Shown here: positions 17,991-28,139 of the stretch, in pieces | Position numbering within the stretch: the first letter of the stretch is position 1 | How the letters are laid out: each line of letters opens with the position of its first letter | Virus record (IMG/VR): IMGVR_UViG_3300036853_000468 | Span: 1-57,729 of that record | DNA length: 57,729 nt | Strand: one strand, 5' to 3' | DNA from: a virus | Taxonomy: Duplodnaviria; Caudoviricetes | Notes under the pieces: generated by a model | The model's input: the letters and a program-made list of their open reading frames with translations, nothing else | Told to the model about the DNA's origin: nothing | Databases searched by the model: none | Translations under genes and position numbers: made by a program

Positions 17991-18503
17991 TTACAAACGA
18001 AAACCCTGAACTTCTAGGCCTAATGCACCAATTGGTGTTATAGTGCTTCTCCACGCCCCAAATTTGTAGATACTCGATTTATACGCTACAAGATTCGGAT
18101 CTCCAGGCAGTGGTCGGTAATCCCACGCGAAACACTCGCATCGTCCGCTCGCCTTGTCGATGACCCGTCCGATGACCTGAAACTCAAGGCTATTCCCACT
18201 TGCCCCAAGTGTGTCCAGTGATCTTGTTTTGAATTGAAAAGCGGGCATATCAGGATTGATTTCGAGTACTGCCGTTCGACCATCGGGGCAGTGGAGCGTG
18301 AGTTCTTTCAGCTTGCGGATATCACCAGTGCTTACAATGTCGTCCCCCCAATCGAGCTTGCGCAGCCCTCTCTGACCCGCTTTCAATGTTGGGACAAGTT
18401 GACGTTCTGACCACCGTTTGCCCGTAGTCAGAAGCACTGACCAATAAGACAAGCTCGGATCTATCGCATCTCCAACAGCGTAGAGGCTTGTAGCTATGCT
18501 CAT
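17991..18503 (-). CDS. Hypothetical protein
   Basis: AAGGAG RBS; tail module. Confidence 0.65.
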   Translation of the reverse strand: MSIATSLYAVGDAIDPSLSYWSVLLTTGKRWSERQLVPTLKAGQRGLRKLDWGDDIVSTGDIRKLKELTLHCPDGRTAVLEINPDMPAFQFKTRSLDTLGASGNSLEFQVIGRVIDKASGRCECFAWDYRPLPGDPNLVAYKSSIYKFGAWRSTITPIGALGLEVQGFRL

Positions 18504-18538
18504 CGTGCTATACTCCTTTCTGAAGGGAGAAAATACCG

Positions 18539-18979
18539 ATGTTCAGTTGGTTGAAAGTCGAGATTGATACTCTTGCTGAGACAGGAGAAGTTACTGATGT
18601 TCGTTACAGCCATACCCCAGAAGAATTTATCGCAGAGTTGAAACGACGTAACGAGTATGTTTACGTCGCGAGACCTCCCTGTATCGGATGCCACTATACG
18701 CCTGAGCACCTTGCTCCAAGGAACGCTGTTGACACGATGGATAAACAGTCGATGAGTTATCATCGAATTCCAGAGTGTATACGAATAACCATTGCGCATT
18801 TTATGCAAAATCCTAACGTGCCTGACTTTGTTACCTGCTATGGTTTTTACTATCTGCACTGGCATCAAAACAAGTATTTGCGTGCAGTAAAAGAAGCAGT
18901 CCTCGTCATTTTTCAGGAAGTAAAGCACTTGCCTGATCTTCAGGAGAGTGGACTTAAACTGACTGGTTATTTTGACTAG
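18539..18979 (+). CDS. Opposite-strand moron-like hypothetical protein
   Basis: GGGAG RBS; TGCTATACT at 18506-18514; fills the gap between tail genes. Confidence 0.6.
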   Translation: MFSWLKVEIDTLAETGEVTDVRYSHTPEEFIAELKRRNEYVYVARPPCIGCHYTPEHLAPRNAVDTMDKQSMSYHRIPECIRITIAHFMQNPNVPDFVTCYGFYYLHWHQNKYLRAVKEAVLVIFQEVKHLPDLQESGLKLTGYFD

Positions 18980-19012
18980 CAAAAGGAATACCAGCACAAA
19001 CACTCCTGCCTC

Positions 19013-19747
19013 CTATACATATGAATAGGTAAACGTTATCACAGGTGTTATCGTACCTAACGACATGTTGGGGCCTGTGAACAAAATGATCGTAAAGAAT
19101 ATCTTTCCTGCTGTAGTTGCTGCTGGCGTGCGCCTATGTGTTATGTAATCTATGGATCCCTGTAGGTCTTGCCATGCCGCCAACCATGCAGCGGCCCCTG
19201 GCGACACACTGCCCGCTGTCCCTGTGGTGGCACTTGGGCTACTTCCCACACTGCCCGCTGTTGGATTCCCGGTCTGATCATCACCGTACAAGTTGGCTTT
19301 GGCATAACTTTTAGAGCTTGTATCCGTTGCATGCCCGTTGACAATTGGGCTGCCCGCCTCCGCTCCCGGTTGCGTGCCTGCTACTGGCGCATTATGTGCG
19401 GAACTACTGTATGCTGTGAGTGTTGGAGCGGTCGCAAATGTTCCCAAGTTGTCGTAATCGATGCAGCCAACATTGGCTTTGCCGTTCGTTCCATCGTATG
19501 TGGCAATTTTGACACCGCCCGAATTATCCGATGTGGTGAAATACCAGAGTTCAGGAACCGCACCAGGGCTGGCCGGTCTCGCATATTGCGGCCATGCAGC
19601 AGAACCAATGGTCGCACTACCAGCACCTGCTGCACACCATCGGACCTCCTGTTGACCAGCAGAGCCTCCAAATGTTACGGGGTTCCATGTCGGGCTAGCA
19701 TCGGTATTACTGTTCCACATGGACCTTATGGCGGTGAAATCTGCCAT
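19013..19747 (-). CDS. Putative virion structural protein (start MADFTAIRS)
   Basis: GAGGAG RBS; Gly/Ala/Thr-rich. Confidence 0.7.
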   Translation of the reverse strand: MADFTAIRSMWNSNTDASPTWNPVTFGGSAGQQEVRWCAAGAGSATIGSAAWPQYARPASPGAVPELWYFTTSDNSGGVKIATYDGTNGKANVGCIDYDNLGTFATAPTLTAYSSSAHNAPVAGTQPGAEAGSPIVNGHATDTSSKSYAKANLYGDDQTGNPTAGSVGSSPSATTGTAGSVSPGAAAWLAAWQDLQGSIDYITHRRTPAATTAGKIFFTIILFTGPNMSLGTITPVITFTYSYV

Positions 19748-19808
19748 CTTTTTCTCCTCATATTGATGTTCAAATTCTTCTCCTGTGAGGTGCGTATACG
19801 TGATAGCC

Positions 19809-20189
19809 CTAAAACTTGATTGCGAATCCAATTGCGTTTGCACCAATACTTGCCCACACATCCACATTGGTGGATGTCAGTGTTGAATAATCACAACCGA
19901 TGGTCGCGGCTGAGGGTGTAGACGTGAGATTCCACACAAAAAGCACGAGGTCGGGAACGGCCCCCAAGCCATGCGCCACCGTTACCTTTCCACTGATTGT
20001 CGAGAAAGAGCCAAACTTAGAGATACGTGAAACGGTACCCAGGGCCAACTCAAGCTGAGCGACTTTACCATTGACCGTATCAATGTTCAGTGCTGCATCT
20101 GCTTTTTCAACCCATCCTTCTATATTATTCATGTTTGTTGCATTTGCAGCCGTAACATTATTTTGCCAGGTTGTTCGTGTGTAAGTCAT
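19809..20189 (-). CDS. Short tail fibre-like protein
   Basis: YTRTTWQN....NATNMNNIE; VTVAHGLG.VP. Confidence 0.7.
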   Translation of the reverse strand: MTYTRTTWQNNVTAANATNMNNIEGWVEKADAALNIDTVNGKVAQLELALGTVSRISKFGSFSTISGKVTVAHGLGAVPDLVLFVWNLTSTPSAATIGCDYSTLTSTNVDVWASIGANAIGFAIKF

Positions 20190-20199
20190 TTACTGCCTC

Positions 20200-20586
20200 T
20201 CACGAATAGGTGATGGTTATCGGAACGACCATATTTTCCGTGCTTGTCTTTGCGTGTGCTGGTGAAAATATTCCACGCGCAAGCAGAATACCGCTGTTGG
20301 CGGCTTCACTACCGCCCAAAAAAACACCTACCTCTCTTGTTGTGAATCCAATTGCTTCCGTTGGTTCTATATAAATTTGCTCTATGATGACACCCGTTCC
20401 GCCAATTGCATTTGTTGTGATACGTTTTCGGAAACGCTCACTCTTGAGTATGGTGTCAGCAGCATTGGGCGTTGTAGCGTCGTCCCCCAAAGCTATAAAA
20501 AACACTTCGATGTCAGCGGTGCCTGCATTGCCATTGCGTAGAGCGTTTAGCCCAACTATTGTTTTTGTCATTGCAGTCATGATCAA
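20200..20586 (-). CDS. Tail protein (tail-collar fibre-like)
   Basis: IALGDD.TP...DT.L.SE.FRK...EA....REVGVF. Confidence 0.7.
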   Translation of the reverse strand: MIMTAMTKTIVGLNALRNGNAGTADIEVFFIALGDDATTPNAADTILKSERFRKRITTNAIGGTGVIIEQIYIEPTEAIGFTTREVGVFLGGSEAANSGILLARGIFSPAHAKTSTENMVVPITITYS

Positions 20587-20591
20587 TCACC

Positions 20592-22136
20592 TCAACACAC
20601 AATAAGCGTATCGCTGCATAAAGTACTGTTTGAACATATCGGACAAGCAAATGTGGAATAAGTAAAGGAGGCATCAACGTTGATATCAACACTGAACGAT
20701 TGTACGGTCGTTACAATCGTAGTCGTCGCTGCCGAACTGTCACTACCAGACACGCCCCCTTTGGTAATCTCACCCCAAAACTGCACCCACGTATCGTCAC
20801 TTGGCCCTGCTATCGCTCGCACTTTGTAGTACATGTTGTACCCATCAGTGCTGTCAGAAGCATTCACACTTTCAATGAGCATCTGTCCTGAGAGGCTCCA
20901 ATCTGGCAAGTTCACCGTCGCTAATTGACCAGCCGCATAGCGTGGATCACGTGTGGTAAATTCAAGTGTCGGTGGGGATTGCACTGCATAGCGTGTCAAC
21001 CTAGCACCGCCAATAGAGAGTTGAGCCTCAAGTGTAGTGAGCGCAATGTCCTCCTTCTCGTCCACGATACCCGTCGATCCATCTATCGATGCCTGGAGAG
21101 CGATCTGTGCATCATTGCTAATAATAGCGGTGTTCTTGTACAGCCCGATGTAAGCGATTGCGATTGTGTCGCTACTGGTGAATACTGTTTCTGTACTGAT
21201 ATCAAATTCACCTTTCGACCAATAGAAATCTTTCCCACTGTCGAGACCGCGTATACCAACTGTTTTTGCAACACTATTGACGGTGACAGCAGGCACATGG
21301 GCAAGAGCGTAGGACATCGGCCACGACTGTGTATTTCCATCTCCTTTTCGTGTCTCATTCTGCACAGTCGTCTCGATAGTTCCTCCGGTCATGATCTGGC
21401 AGTTTCTGTATTTCGGGTTTGATCGCGTGACCGTTGGTGGATTGATCACCTCATCAACCGTTGTGCCATCTATCACCACAGCATTTTCAATAGCGGTATA
21501 AGGCACGACCCAGAGCTGACTTCGATAGTCAATTTGCCAAAAAAACGGTACGCCGGACGAAGAGATATTCTTGACTACCTCATCAAAATCTTCTGCCAAA
21601 GTGGAGTAGTCGAATGCGATGGATGGAATGTATCCGATAGCTTCACCGCAAAGCAGTGTATCTGAGCAGTATCGCGTATCAGAAATAGTGTGATCATCGT
21701 AAATCATACCAATAGTCAAACCTTCATACCGTAGAACATTTTCATAGAGGTAACGTGCAATACCTGCACCTGTATAACCTTCAAAACTGGCTGCAATACG
21801 ACGCTTCACCGCCAACCAGTGTTTATCACGTGCTGAAAGTTGATGGTAGAGTTCAAAGACGAATCCAGGCTTACCATATTTGGGAGCAGAGAGATAGCCA
21901 GCGAAGATGCCGACGGTGTTCCCATTATAGATAGTGATCTGACTATCTTCTGGAAAGTAGGTCGGGGTGGGTGTGCGAATCGCGAAGCTTGCCGTAGAGT
22001 ATCGCCCTATGGCACTCTCAACGGTAAGACTGCCCGCCTCAATGGTGTACGGCACACCTCTGATAAGCACAAAGGGACTTCCATCATCGCTGTACCAAAC
22101 GGGAGCACTTAGCGCTCTTCGTGCTAACCTTGCCAT
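20592..22136 (-). CDS. Tail tip/baseplate hub protein
   Basis: Directly after the tape measure; F.G.L, FWQIDY and GQLATV hub-like motifs. Confidence 0.7.
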   Translation of the reverse strand: MARLARRALSAPVWYSDDGSPFVLIRGVPYTIEAGSLTVESAIGRYSTASFAIRTPTPTYFPEDSQITIYNGNTVGIFAGYLSAPKYGKPGFVFELYHQLSARDKHWLAVKRRIAASFEGYTGAGIARYLYENVLRYEGLTIGMIYDDHTISDTRYCSDTLLCGEAIGYIPSIAFDYSTLAEDFDEVVKNISSSGVPFFWQIDYRSQLWVVPYTAIENAVVIDGTTVDEVINPPTVTRSNPKYRNCQIMTGGTIETTVQNETRKGDGNTQSWPMSYALAHVPAVTVNSVAKTVGIRGLDSGKDFYWSKGEFDISTETVFTSSDTIAIAYIGLYKNTAIISNDAQIALQASIDGSTGIVDEKEDIALTTLEAQLSIGGARLTRYAVQSPPTLEFTTRDPRYAAGQLATVNLPDWSLSGQMLIESVNASDSTDGYNMYYKVRAIAGPSDDTWVQFWGEITKGGVSGSDSSAATTTIVTTVQSFSVDINVDASFTYSTFACPICSNSTLCSDTLIVC

Positions 22137-22155
22137 TATCGCCTCCTTTCAAAAC

Positions 22156-24816
22156 TCATATGCGTGCTCCTGTATTGAGTCTTATGCCGTCAACGATATA
22201 CGGCATCTGCGCACGTGTTAGCCGTTGCCCATCGAGAATGATGTCAGGAAGATTGACAATGATCTGTGGCTGTGGAACTTGACTGAATTGAGCTGGAACA
22301 ACGCGTGTACTTGCTGGCAGAGCGCTCGGTGCCATGCTCATTGAAATTGGGGCTACAAGATCCCCTAGCGCCCCGCGAAGTTGTGGGAGACCAGCAAGCA
22401 TTCCTTCTGAGATTTGTCCAGTAATCCCCTCGCCTTGCTCAGCCAGGAAGCGTAGTGGTCCGATTCGCGCAGGGCTATGTGGCAGATGATCAGCAATATA
22501 GTTTGTTACCGTCGATATTGCGCTACCTACCGCGCCTATGGCATTTCGTATCCCTTGAGCTATTTTATTTACAATATTCATTCCACCCTGAAAAGCAGAA
22601 TTAGCTGCTGATGCAAGAGCACCTGCTATCACTCCTGGTATACCTGAGAGCGCGGCATTGGCCCGACCTGCCATTTGCATGAGCTGGCTGATAAATCCAC
22701 TGACGAGCTGTGCAGCCAACCTTACAGCCTCAATATTGAGCCGAGCGAACCAGATCAACGTGCCCAGGACGAGGTCTGGAATTATCGATCCGCCGACGAG
22801 TGCACGATAGAGCATTGTGAAATATCCGATTATTGTGGTAACGATGCCCATGACCAATCCGCTGATAAAACCCCATACTGCTTGAAATAATCCAGCTATA
22901 ATATTGAGTACACCAGTGAACATATTAACTATTCCGCCCCAAATAGTGCCTAGATCAGCCCCTAATCTATCAAAACGCCCCGTAAATAAATCCACGAAAA
23001 ATCCAATAATTCCAAGAATAATCTGTATCGCCCCTGAAATAACCTGAACAATTCCACCGAAGACGCGAGCGATCCCACCAATTACCCCTGCAAGCCCTGC
23101 AATAATCCCTACCAGTACTGCGAGCAAAATGCCTATGGCCACCACAACAACACCAAGAATAATTGCTCCGATTAACTGAAATGCAGGTATAGCAGGTTGA
23201 ATTGCCTTAACAAGGTCATTCCAGGCAGGAACTATTTGAGACTGAAATACCGTTACAAGTTGCTGCCATACGGAAATGAATACAGAAGATAGATATGAGC
23301 CGATTTGCTGAAATATTTGCTGAACAAATTGAAGGATAGGAGTAGGGATAGCCGCAACAAGTTGATTCCAATGCTGAACAAGCAAAACGATGCCAGCTAC
23401 CAGAAGTGCAATACCGGCACCAACAGCAATAAATGGTGCGGCAACCGTTAATGTAGCAATAGCCGCCGCACCTGCCGCCGCTGCCCAACTCCAAAAGGCG
23501 AATACCAGTAATCCAGCGATAGCCCCTGCGACTGAAACCAGTACGGCCATCAGTGCTGTCAGAGCAACCTGATTCTGTTGGAAGAAGTTTGTGAGATTGG
23601 CACCTACACCGACCAGTGTCGTTACTCCATTAACAACACCAAGCAGAGCCGTCGTTACACCTCCTGCAAGTATAGCTGCGAAAGACTGAAATGCAGGTGA
23701 AGAGAAACCATCTATGAGCTTGCCAAGTGCGGGTAAAAGCGCCGTACCGATTTTGATACCTGTTGTTTCCAGTACCTCTTTTGTCCGGTCCCACTTGAAG
23801 TTGAAATCACCTTGAACTGATGCCCAACCCGTGATGGAACTGCCACCCTGTTTAACCGATGCCGTGATATTTGTCACGTTATCCCTGAAGGTCTGCATGT
23901 GGTCGCCAGTCAATCCCAACATGCCCTGTAGCTGTTCAGTCCCCCCAACGATGTCCTTCATGGCACTGATATAATCGGCACTCCCCGCAGGGAATTTCTT
24001 ACCGATAGCGTCGGTGATCATTGCCAGTGCGTCAGGCAGGGACTTCTTCATGGCAGTAGCCACATCGTCTGTGGTCAATCCAACACTTTCCAGTGCGTTT
24101 CTCGCCTGGTCAGTTGGCGCATTGAGTGCAAGGATCGTTTGGCGCAAATAGGTTGCGGCCTCAGCAGCCGGTACACCTGAAGCCGTGAGTGTTGCCATGC
24201 CTGCCGAAATATCGGTGAGTCCGACACCCGCTGCCGATGCGGTAGGTAAGATGGCCGCAAGTGAGGCCGCAAGATCGCCCATCTTGGTCTTTCCTGCCGC
24301 TACTGTCGCTATTAGGGTATTTGTGGCCTGTGCAGAGGAAACATTTGCTGCTGCGTAGTCGGTCATGATTGTCGTTACCCCATCGGCAACGACCCCCAGA
24401 TCGGCTGATCCAACCTTGGCACCCATCGCTGCATCACGTAGCGTTTGCAGTGCTTTTGTCCCATGCTGACCACTACTCTCGATGAGATACATTCCGGCTG
24501 AGAGTTGTGCTGTAGTCGTACCAACCGGACCTGCCATTGCCAGGATGCCATCACTGACCATTTTGAGGCTGCTTGCTGATTCACCAGCACCTGTTACCAG
24601 CGAGGTCATTGAACTTTGAAAATCGCCAGCCATCTTGACGCTTGCAATACCTATTCCAACCAGAGCCACAACGCCAGCAGCAGCAGCACCCAACGCAAAA
24701 GCGCGGATCTTCCCCGCTGTTTCATCAACAGAGGCTCCGACCGCTCGCATTTTGCTTGCGGTTGCGTCGGCTCCCTCGTCTGAAACTTTTGCTACAAGCT
24801 GACTGGCTAGAACCAA
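22156..24816 (-). CDS. Tail tape measure protein (TP901-like)
   Basis: Ala/Gly-rich; TP901 core (AGDFQSSM...GKTKMGDLA...EAATYLR); aromatic repeats; LPHSPARIGPL. Confidence 0.92.
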   Translation of the reverse strand: MVLASQLVAKVSDEGADATASKMRAVGASVDETAGKIRAFALGAAAAGVVALVGIGIASVKMAGDFQSSMTSLVTGAGESASSLKMVSDGILAMAGPVGTTTAQLSAGMYLIESSGQHGTKALQTLRDAAMGAKVGSADLGVVADGVTTIMTDYAAANVSSAQATNTLIATVAAGKTKMGDLAASLAAILPTASAAGVGLTDISAGMATLTASGVPAAEAATYLRQTILALNAPTDQARNALESVGLTTDDVATAMKKSLPDALAMITDAIGKKFPAGSADYISAMKDIVGGTEQLQGMLGLTGDHMQTFRDNVTNITASVKQGGSSITGWASVQGDFNFKWDRTKEVLETTGIKIGTALLPALGKLIDGFSSPAFQSFAAILAGGVTTALLGVVNGVTTLVGVGANLTNFFQQNQVALTALMAVLVSVAGAIAGLLVFAFWSWAAAAGAAAIATLTVAAPFIAVGAGIALLVAGIVLLVQHWNQLVAAIPTPILQFVQQIFQQIGSYLSSVFISVWQQLVTVFQSQIVPAWNDLVKAIQPAIPAFQLIGAIILGVVVVAIGILLAVLVGIIAGLAGVIGGIARVFGGIVQVISGAIQIILGIIGFFVDLFTGRFDRLGADLGTIWGGIVNMFTGVLNIIAGLFQAVWGFISGLVMGIVTTIIGYFTMLYRALVGGSIIPDLVLGTLIWFARLNIEAVRLAAQLVSGFISQLMQMAGRANAALSGIPGVIAGALASAANSAFQGGMNIVNKIAQGIRNAIGAVGSAISTVTNYIADHLPHSPARIGPLRFLAEQGEGITGQISEGMLAGLPQLRGALGDLVAPISMSMAPSALPASTRVVPAQFSQVPQPQIIVNLPDIILDGQRLTRAQMPYIVDGIRLNTGARI

Positions 24817-24818
24817 GA

Positions 24819-25076
24819 TTACTTCCCTCCTTTCGGTTTATTGCGCTCCTGAATATTCTTCTGGGCCTGGGCCTCTGCTTTCATGTAGAGGAGTGCTTTT
24901 TGTTCCCACCAGAGCGGCTGTTCTGCCAGCTCCCACGGCGCAACGCCCAAATACTTCGCCGCCTGGACAAACGCGTACTCTTCAGTACATGCTCCAAATT
25001 TCCCCTCGCTTGCTAAATAGCGCCTCAGATTCTTTAGCTCCTCCTTTTCTTCCTCTGAGGCGCTGATTTGTTTGGG
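24819..25076 (-). CDS. Tail assembly chaperone GT extension via -1 frameshift
   Basis: Slippery C-CCA-AAC at 25070-25076; -1 frame open to TAA at 24819 (...AAKYLGVAPWEL...KGGK*). Confidence 0.8.
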   Translation of the reverse strand, partial: PKQISASEEEKEELKNLRRYLASEGKFGACTEEYAFVQAAKYLGVAPWELAEQPLWWEQKALLYMKAEAQAQKNIQERNKPKGGK

Positions 25077-25459
25077 TTTATAAACCGTTCAATAATCTCT
25101 TTAAAGAGCCAGTAGGGAAGCTCATCTAAGCTATCTGCATTGAGCGGGACCACTTTGATCAGCTTTGAATTGCACTTTTCTCCATTTTGACAATCTTCAC
25201 ATTTACTACATGGAAAATAATCTTCTAAATCCCATGACTCGAAAAATGAGAGAAGCAGTGTATAGACCTCATCTTCTATTTCCTTCTGCTTTTCTTCATT
25301 GTCAACCGTCTTTTCCGCCAATTTCGTAAGGTACTGCATTCGATTCAATACCTTTGGCGTCAGTCGGCTTGGATAATACTCAATGGTGAGTATCTCACCA
25401 TTCCCTAGTGGAAATTTCGCTTCATCGCTATCATTGAGTATATTGCTAAGATTTGGCAT
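25034..25459 (-). CDS. Tail assembly chaperone G
   Basis: Between tail tube and tape measure; SWDL motif; frameshift site near the end. Confidence 0.8.
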   Translation of the reverse strand: MPNLSNILNDSDEAKFPLGNGEILTIEYYPSRLTPKVLNRMQYLTKLAEKTVDNEEKQKEIEDEVYTLLLSFFESWDLEDYFPCSKCEDCQNGEKCNSKLIKVVPLNADSLDELPYWLFKEIIERFINPNKSAPQRKKRRS

Positions 25460-25466
25460 TTTTTAC

Positions 25467-26471
25467 CTACAGTGCTGTTAATAGATTGGTGAGAGTGAGT
25501 CGCTGTGCTAAACCCGTACTCCATGCAGGATCTTCAATCAGCTCACATTCCCATGTAATTGCATAGACACCATCTTGATCTTCCCACGGGTTAGGTTTGA
25601 CGAATTTCAAAGCCATATCGTGTTGAAAAATGTTGTACACAGCACCGGGCCCATCGGATGCAATTTGTGCACCTTGTGCCTCACAACGGATGTACTTTGT
25701 GGTCCCTGCTCGCATGTCGTTAAGCGGAAGCATGCCATTCGCGTCGGCCTCTTGTGTGATTTTGAAAGAGGTTTTTGGAGGATGGTCAACATGGGCAGAC
25801 CAGGAGGCTGCGGAACGATTGATAAACCAGGCTGGTCCATAAATGTCGGACATATCAAACTCAACACTCTCCACATTCAGGAGTTGCGTCGTACCGAGAC
25901 CGGCGGATGTGGCATCCATCCATATATTCCACTGATTAGCTGTACTTGGAGCAAGAGTTATCGTCGTTGGGGATGCCGTCATCGTGATATTGTCTGTCGT
26001 CAATTGTCCAATGAGATCAGCACTACAGGTAAACTCATCTCTTGAGCCTTTGTAACCAAAGCTAGTAAAAAGACCATAGGAGAACTTTTGTGCACGTGTC
26101 GCAGTTTCACCATTCTCGATTGAGAATGTTTTAAGAGAGGCATTGCCAGAAATTGGAGGCGTGAATGTGTGATCTTTTGCGGTAGCAGATGTACCGTGTG
26201 CAGCTATAACACCAGTTCCCATTGCACCATTTAAGGGATAAATAAGAGCATTGAAATCAAGAGGACCATCCACACTCCCACTCGACCACTCCTTGTTCAG
26301 TGCGCTGGAGCTGGCATATTTGCGCCCCGTGCCACGATACATCTTTACTTCTGCCTCAATGCCTAGTTTCCAATCACCCCACCGCAAAAGTTTGTTTGCT
26401 GGCACCGAAGTTCCTGATGTGGATTCTACACCTATTTGTGTATTCTGATTTATTGTCGACCGATGCGGCAT
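25467..26471 (-). CDS. Major tail (tube) protein
   Basis: Position; QIGVEST.GT, HTFTP, TFSIE. Confidence 0.8.
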   Translation of the reverse strand: MPHRSTINQNTQIGVESTSGTSVPANKLLRWGDWKLGIEAEVKMYRGTGRKYASSSALNKEWSSGSVDGPLDFNALIYPLNGAMGTGVIAAHGTSATAKDHTFTPPISGNASLKTFSIENGETATRAQKFSYGLFTSFGYKGSRDEFTCSADLIGQLTTDNITMTASPTTITLAPSTANQWNIWMDATSAGLGTTQLLNVESVEFDMSDIYGPAWFINRSAASWSAHVDHPPKTSFKITQEADANGMLPLNDMRAGTTKYIRCEAQGAQIASDGPGAVYNIFQHDMALKFVKPNPWEDQDGVYAITWECELIEDPAWSTGLAQRLTLTNLLTAL

Positions 26472-26543
26472 ATGTCACGCCTCCCATCATCCCTTTCCTG
26501 ATATCTATCTAAAGATGCCAGGAGAGAGATACAAAAGGAAAAT

Positions 26544-26969
26544 TTATACCTGTTCTACAATGTGGTGATATAAACCACCAGTATGACTCCACTTCACACC
26601 GTCAGCTCGTACTTCGTCATAGTGCAATGGGTTCTCTCGATAGCAGCTTGATACATAACCGCCGATCACACTCCCTGATGTCCGTTTGAAAGTGTCGTCA
26701 ATAAGTGCAGACATCTGAAAGAGTAGTGTGAGCATTGCAGATGGGCCAACAACTTTAATCTGAAAAAGGAGGTGAGCGAATATGCGGATCGCGTTGAGCG
26801 TTAAGGTGTCATGACCAGCCTGGAACGAGAGCACGATCCAGGGAGGCATTGTGCCTACGGGAGCAGCTCCGGTGTGAATGCCACCAGTTGCGAGAGCCAC
26901 CAGTGTTGGATTGGCTTCAAGCTCCGTTTTGATAAAGTCGAGAGAAGCGGCTATTTCGGCTGTGCTCAT
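26544..26969 (-). CDS. Tail terminator/completion protein (DUF3168-like)
   Basis: L.ANPTL.AL..GGIH...AP.GT..PWIV. Confidence 0.75.
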   Translation of the reverse strand: MSTAEIAASLDFIKTELEANPTLVALATGGIHTGAAPVGTMPPWIVLSFQAGHDTLTLNAIRIFAHLLFQIKVVGPSAMLTLLFQMSALIDDTFKRTSGSVIGGYVSSCYRENPLHYDEVRADGVKWSHTGGLYHHIVEQV

Positions 26970-27091
26970 TTTGACTTGCCTGCTGTCCTGTAAGCAATGG
27001 CCGCCGCTTGCTTTTGGGACTTGCCTGCCTTGATCTCAGTCGCAATATTTTTGCTGATAGTCTTCTGGCTGCTTCCTTTTTTTAATGGCAT
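26966..27091 (-). CDS. Small basic phage protein (MPLKKG family), 41 aa
   Basis: [41 protein letters not shown]; ATGA coupling; below the ORF-track length cutoff. Confidence 0.8.
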   Translation of the reverse strand: MPLKKGSSQKTISKNIATEIKAGKSQKQAAAIAYRTAGKSK

Positions 27092-27098
27092 TGGTCCC

Positions 27099-27365
27099 TC
27101 ATTCGCTCTTTTGAACAGGAGAGATGAAAACATCATATTCCTGTCCTAGTTTGGCCTCATGGAATACTTGTGCAGCCGCTGGATTGACAATGCCCATCTT
27201 GAGATCACCTGATGGTGTGGCACTCCCAAACGGCTCACCCTGCACCGCGCCTAACTCGACATACGCCCCCTCGACTACCTTTGCCTCCTCTTCACCAGGA
27301 GCTTTGTAATATCCGCGCATGCGGGTAACTCGATCTAAACGAAATCGTGCATGAATTTGTGACAT
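27099..27365 (-). CDS. Hypothetical phage protein (start MSQIHARF)
   Basis: AAAGGA RBS; F..ATPSG.L.M.I.NP.A...F..G.EY motif. Confidence 0.7.
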   Translation of the reverse strand: MSQIHARFRLDRVTRMRGYYKAPGEEEAKVVEGAYVELGAVQGEPFGSATPSGDLKMGIVNPAAAQVFHEAKLGQEYDVFISPVQKSE

Positions 27366-27378
27366 GAATAGATCCTTT

Positions 27379-27777
27379 CTATCGTGCGGCTGCTTCCATC
27401 CTTTGCTTGAGAAGTTGCATGGCCTTGTCGAATCCTGCCCTCGTTCGTTCAATGCCTGGCTCAAAAAAGGGCCTTGGTGGCTGATGCACTGTCCCATAAT
27501 TTGGATAGATGGCATACTCAGCAGCCACCACGATATACGCTTCCATCTCTCCTGGGCGTGCTAATTCTGGGAATGCTTTTCCCCCGCCTGTATAGGTACT
27601 GCTATCACTCGTGATGTTGTATACGCTGTTAAACATGAATCCAGTGTCGATTAAGTCGTTAGCCTGTATTTCCGCCTTGACATTGCCCTCTCCATCAAGC
27701 GCAACTTTGCGCACGACGGCTTTCATTGCTGGCTTGATAGCACTGGCTACGTTATTCCAGTGGTTGAAGCTCGCCAT
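27379..27777 (-). CDS. HK97 gp10-like tail component
   Basis: DTGFMFNSV, AEYAIYPNYGT..QPPRPFFEP. Confidence 0.8.
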   Translation of the reverse strand: MASFNHWNNVASAIKPAMKAVVRKVALDGEGNVKAEIQANDLIDTGFMFNSVYNITSDSSTYTGGGKAFPELARPGEMEAYIVVAAEYAIYPNYGTVHQPPRPFFEPGIERTRAGFDKAMQLLKQRMEAAAR

Positions 27778-28139
27778 CAAGCCACCTCCGCCGCAAGCAC
27801 ATCGGTAAGACCGGAGAGTGAACGGAGATCTAGCACTTTCTGCACTTTCAGCTTTCTCGTGCCAAAGTAGAGATTGCTGTTTTCTCGCACATCCGTTCCG
27901 TAGGGAAAATGCACAACCCACGTTGACTGGGATGCTATCAATTCGGCGTATACGCTGAGCAGGCTACCTTTTGGTGGCTCCAAACCAGCAAGGGCTTCGA
28001 TACCGGAGCTTTCCGTCTCTGTTGGTTCCCCATAGGTGCCGGTGCTTGTCGTCACGTGCTTGATGACACACGGCGTATCACATACAGCGGCTGCAAGATC
28101 GGCGCGTATGGAGGCAAGTTCAGTAACAGGCAACATCAT
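27777..28139 (-). CDS. Head closure/head-tail adaptor (SPP1 gp16-like)
   Basis: Position; YGEP, FPYGTDV. Confidence 0.7.
   Translation of the reverse strand: MMLPVTELASIRADLAAAVCDTPCVIKHVTTSTGTYGEPTETESSGIEALAGLEPPKGSLLSVYAELIASQSTWVVHFPYGTDVRENSNLYFGTRKLKVQKVLDLRSLSGLTDVLAAEVA

Noticed and set aside
18500-19003. Minus-strand 167-aa ORF
   Set aside because: Shadow of 18539-18979, which has the better RBS and promoter; not fully excluded
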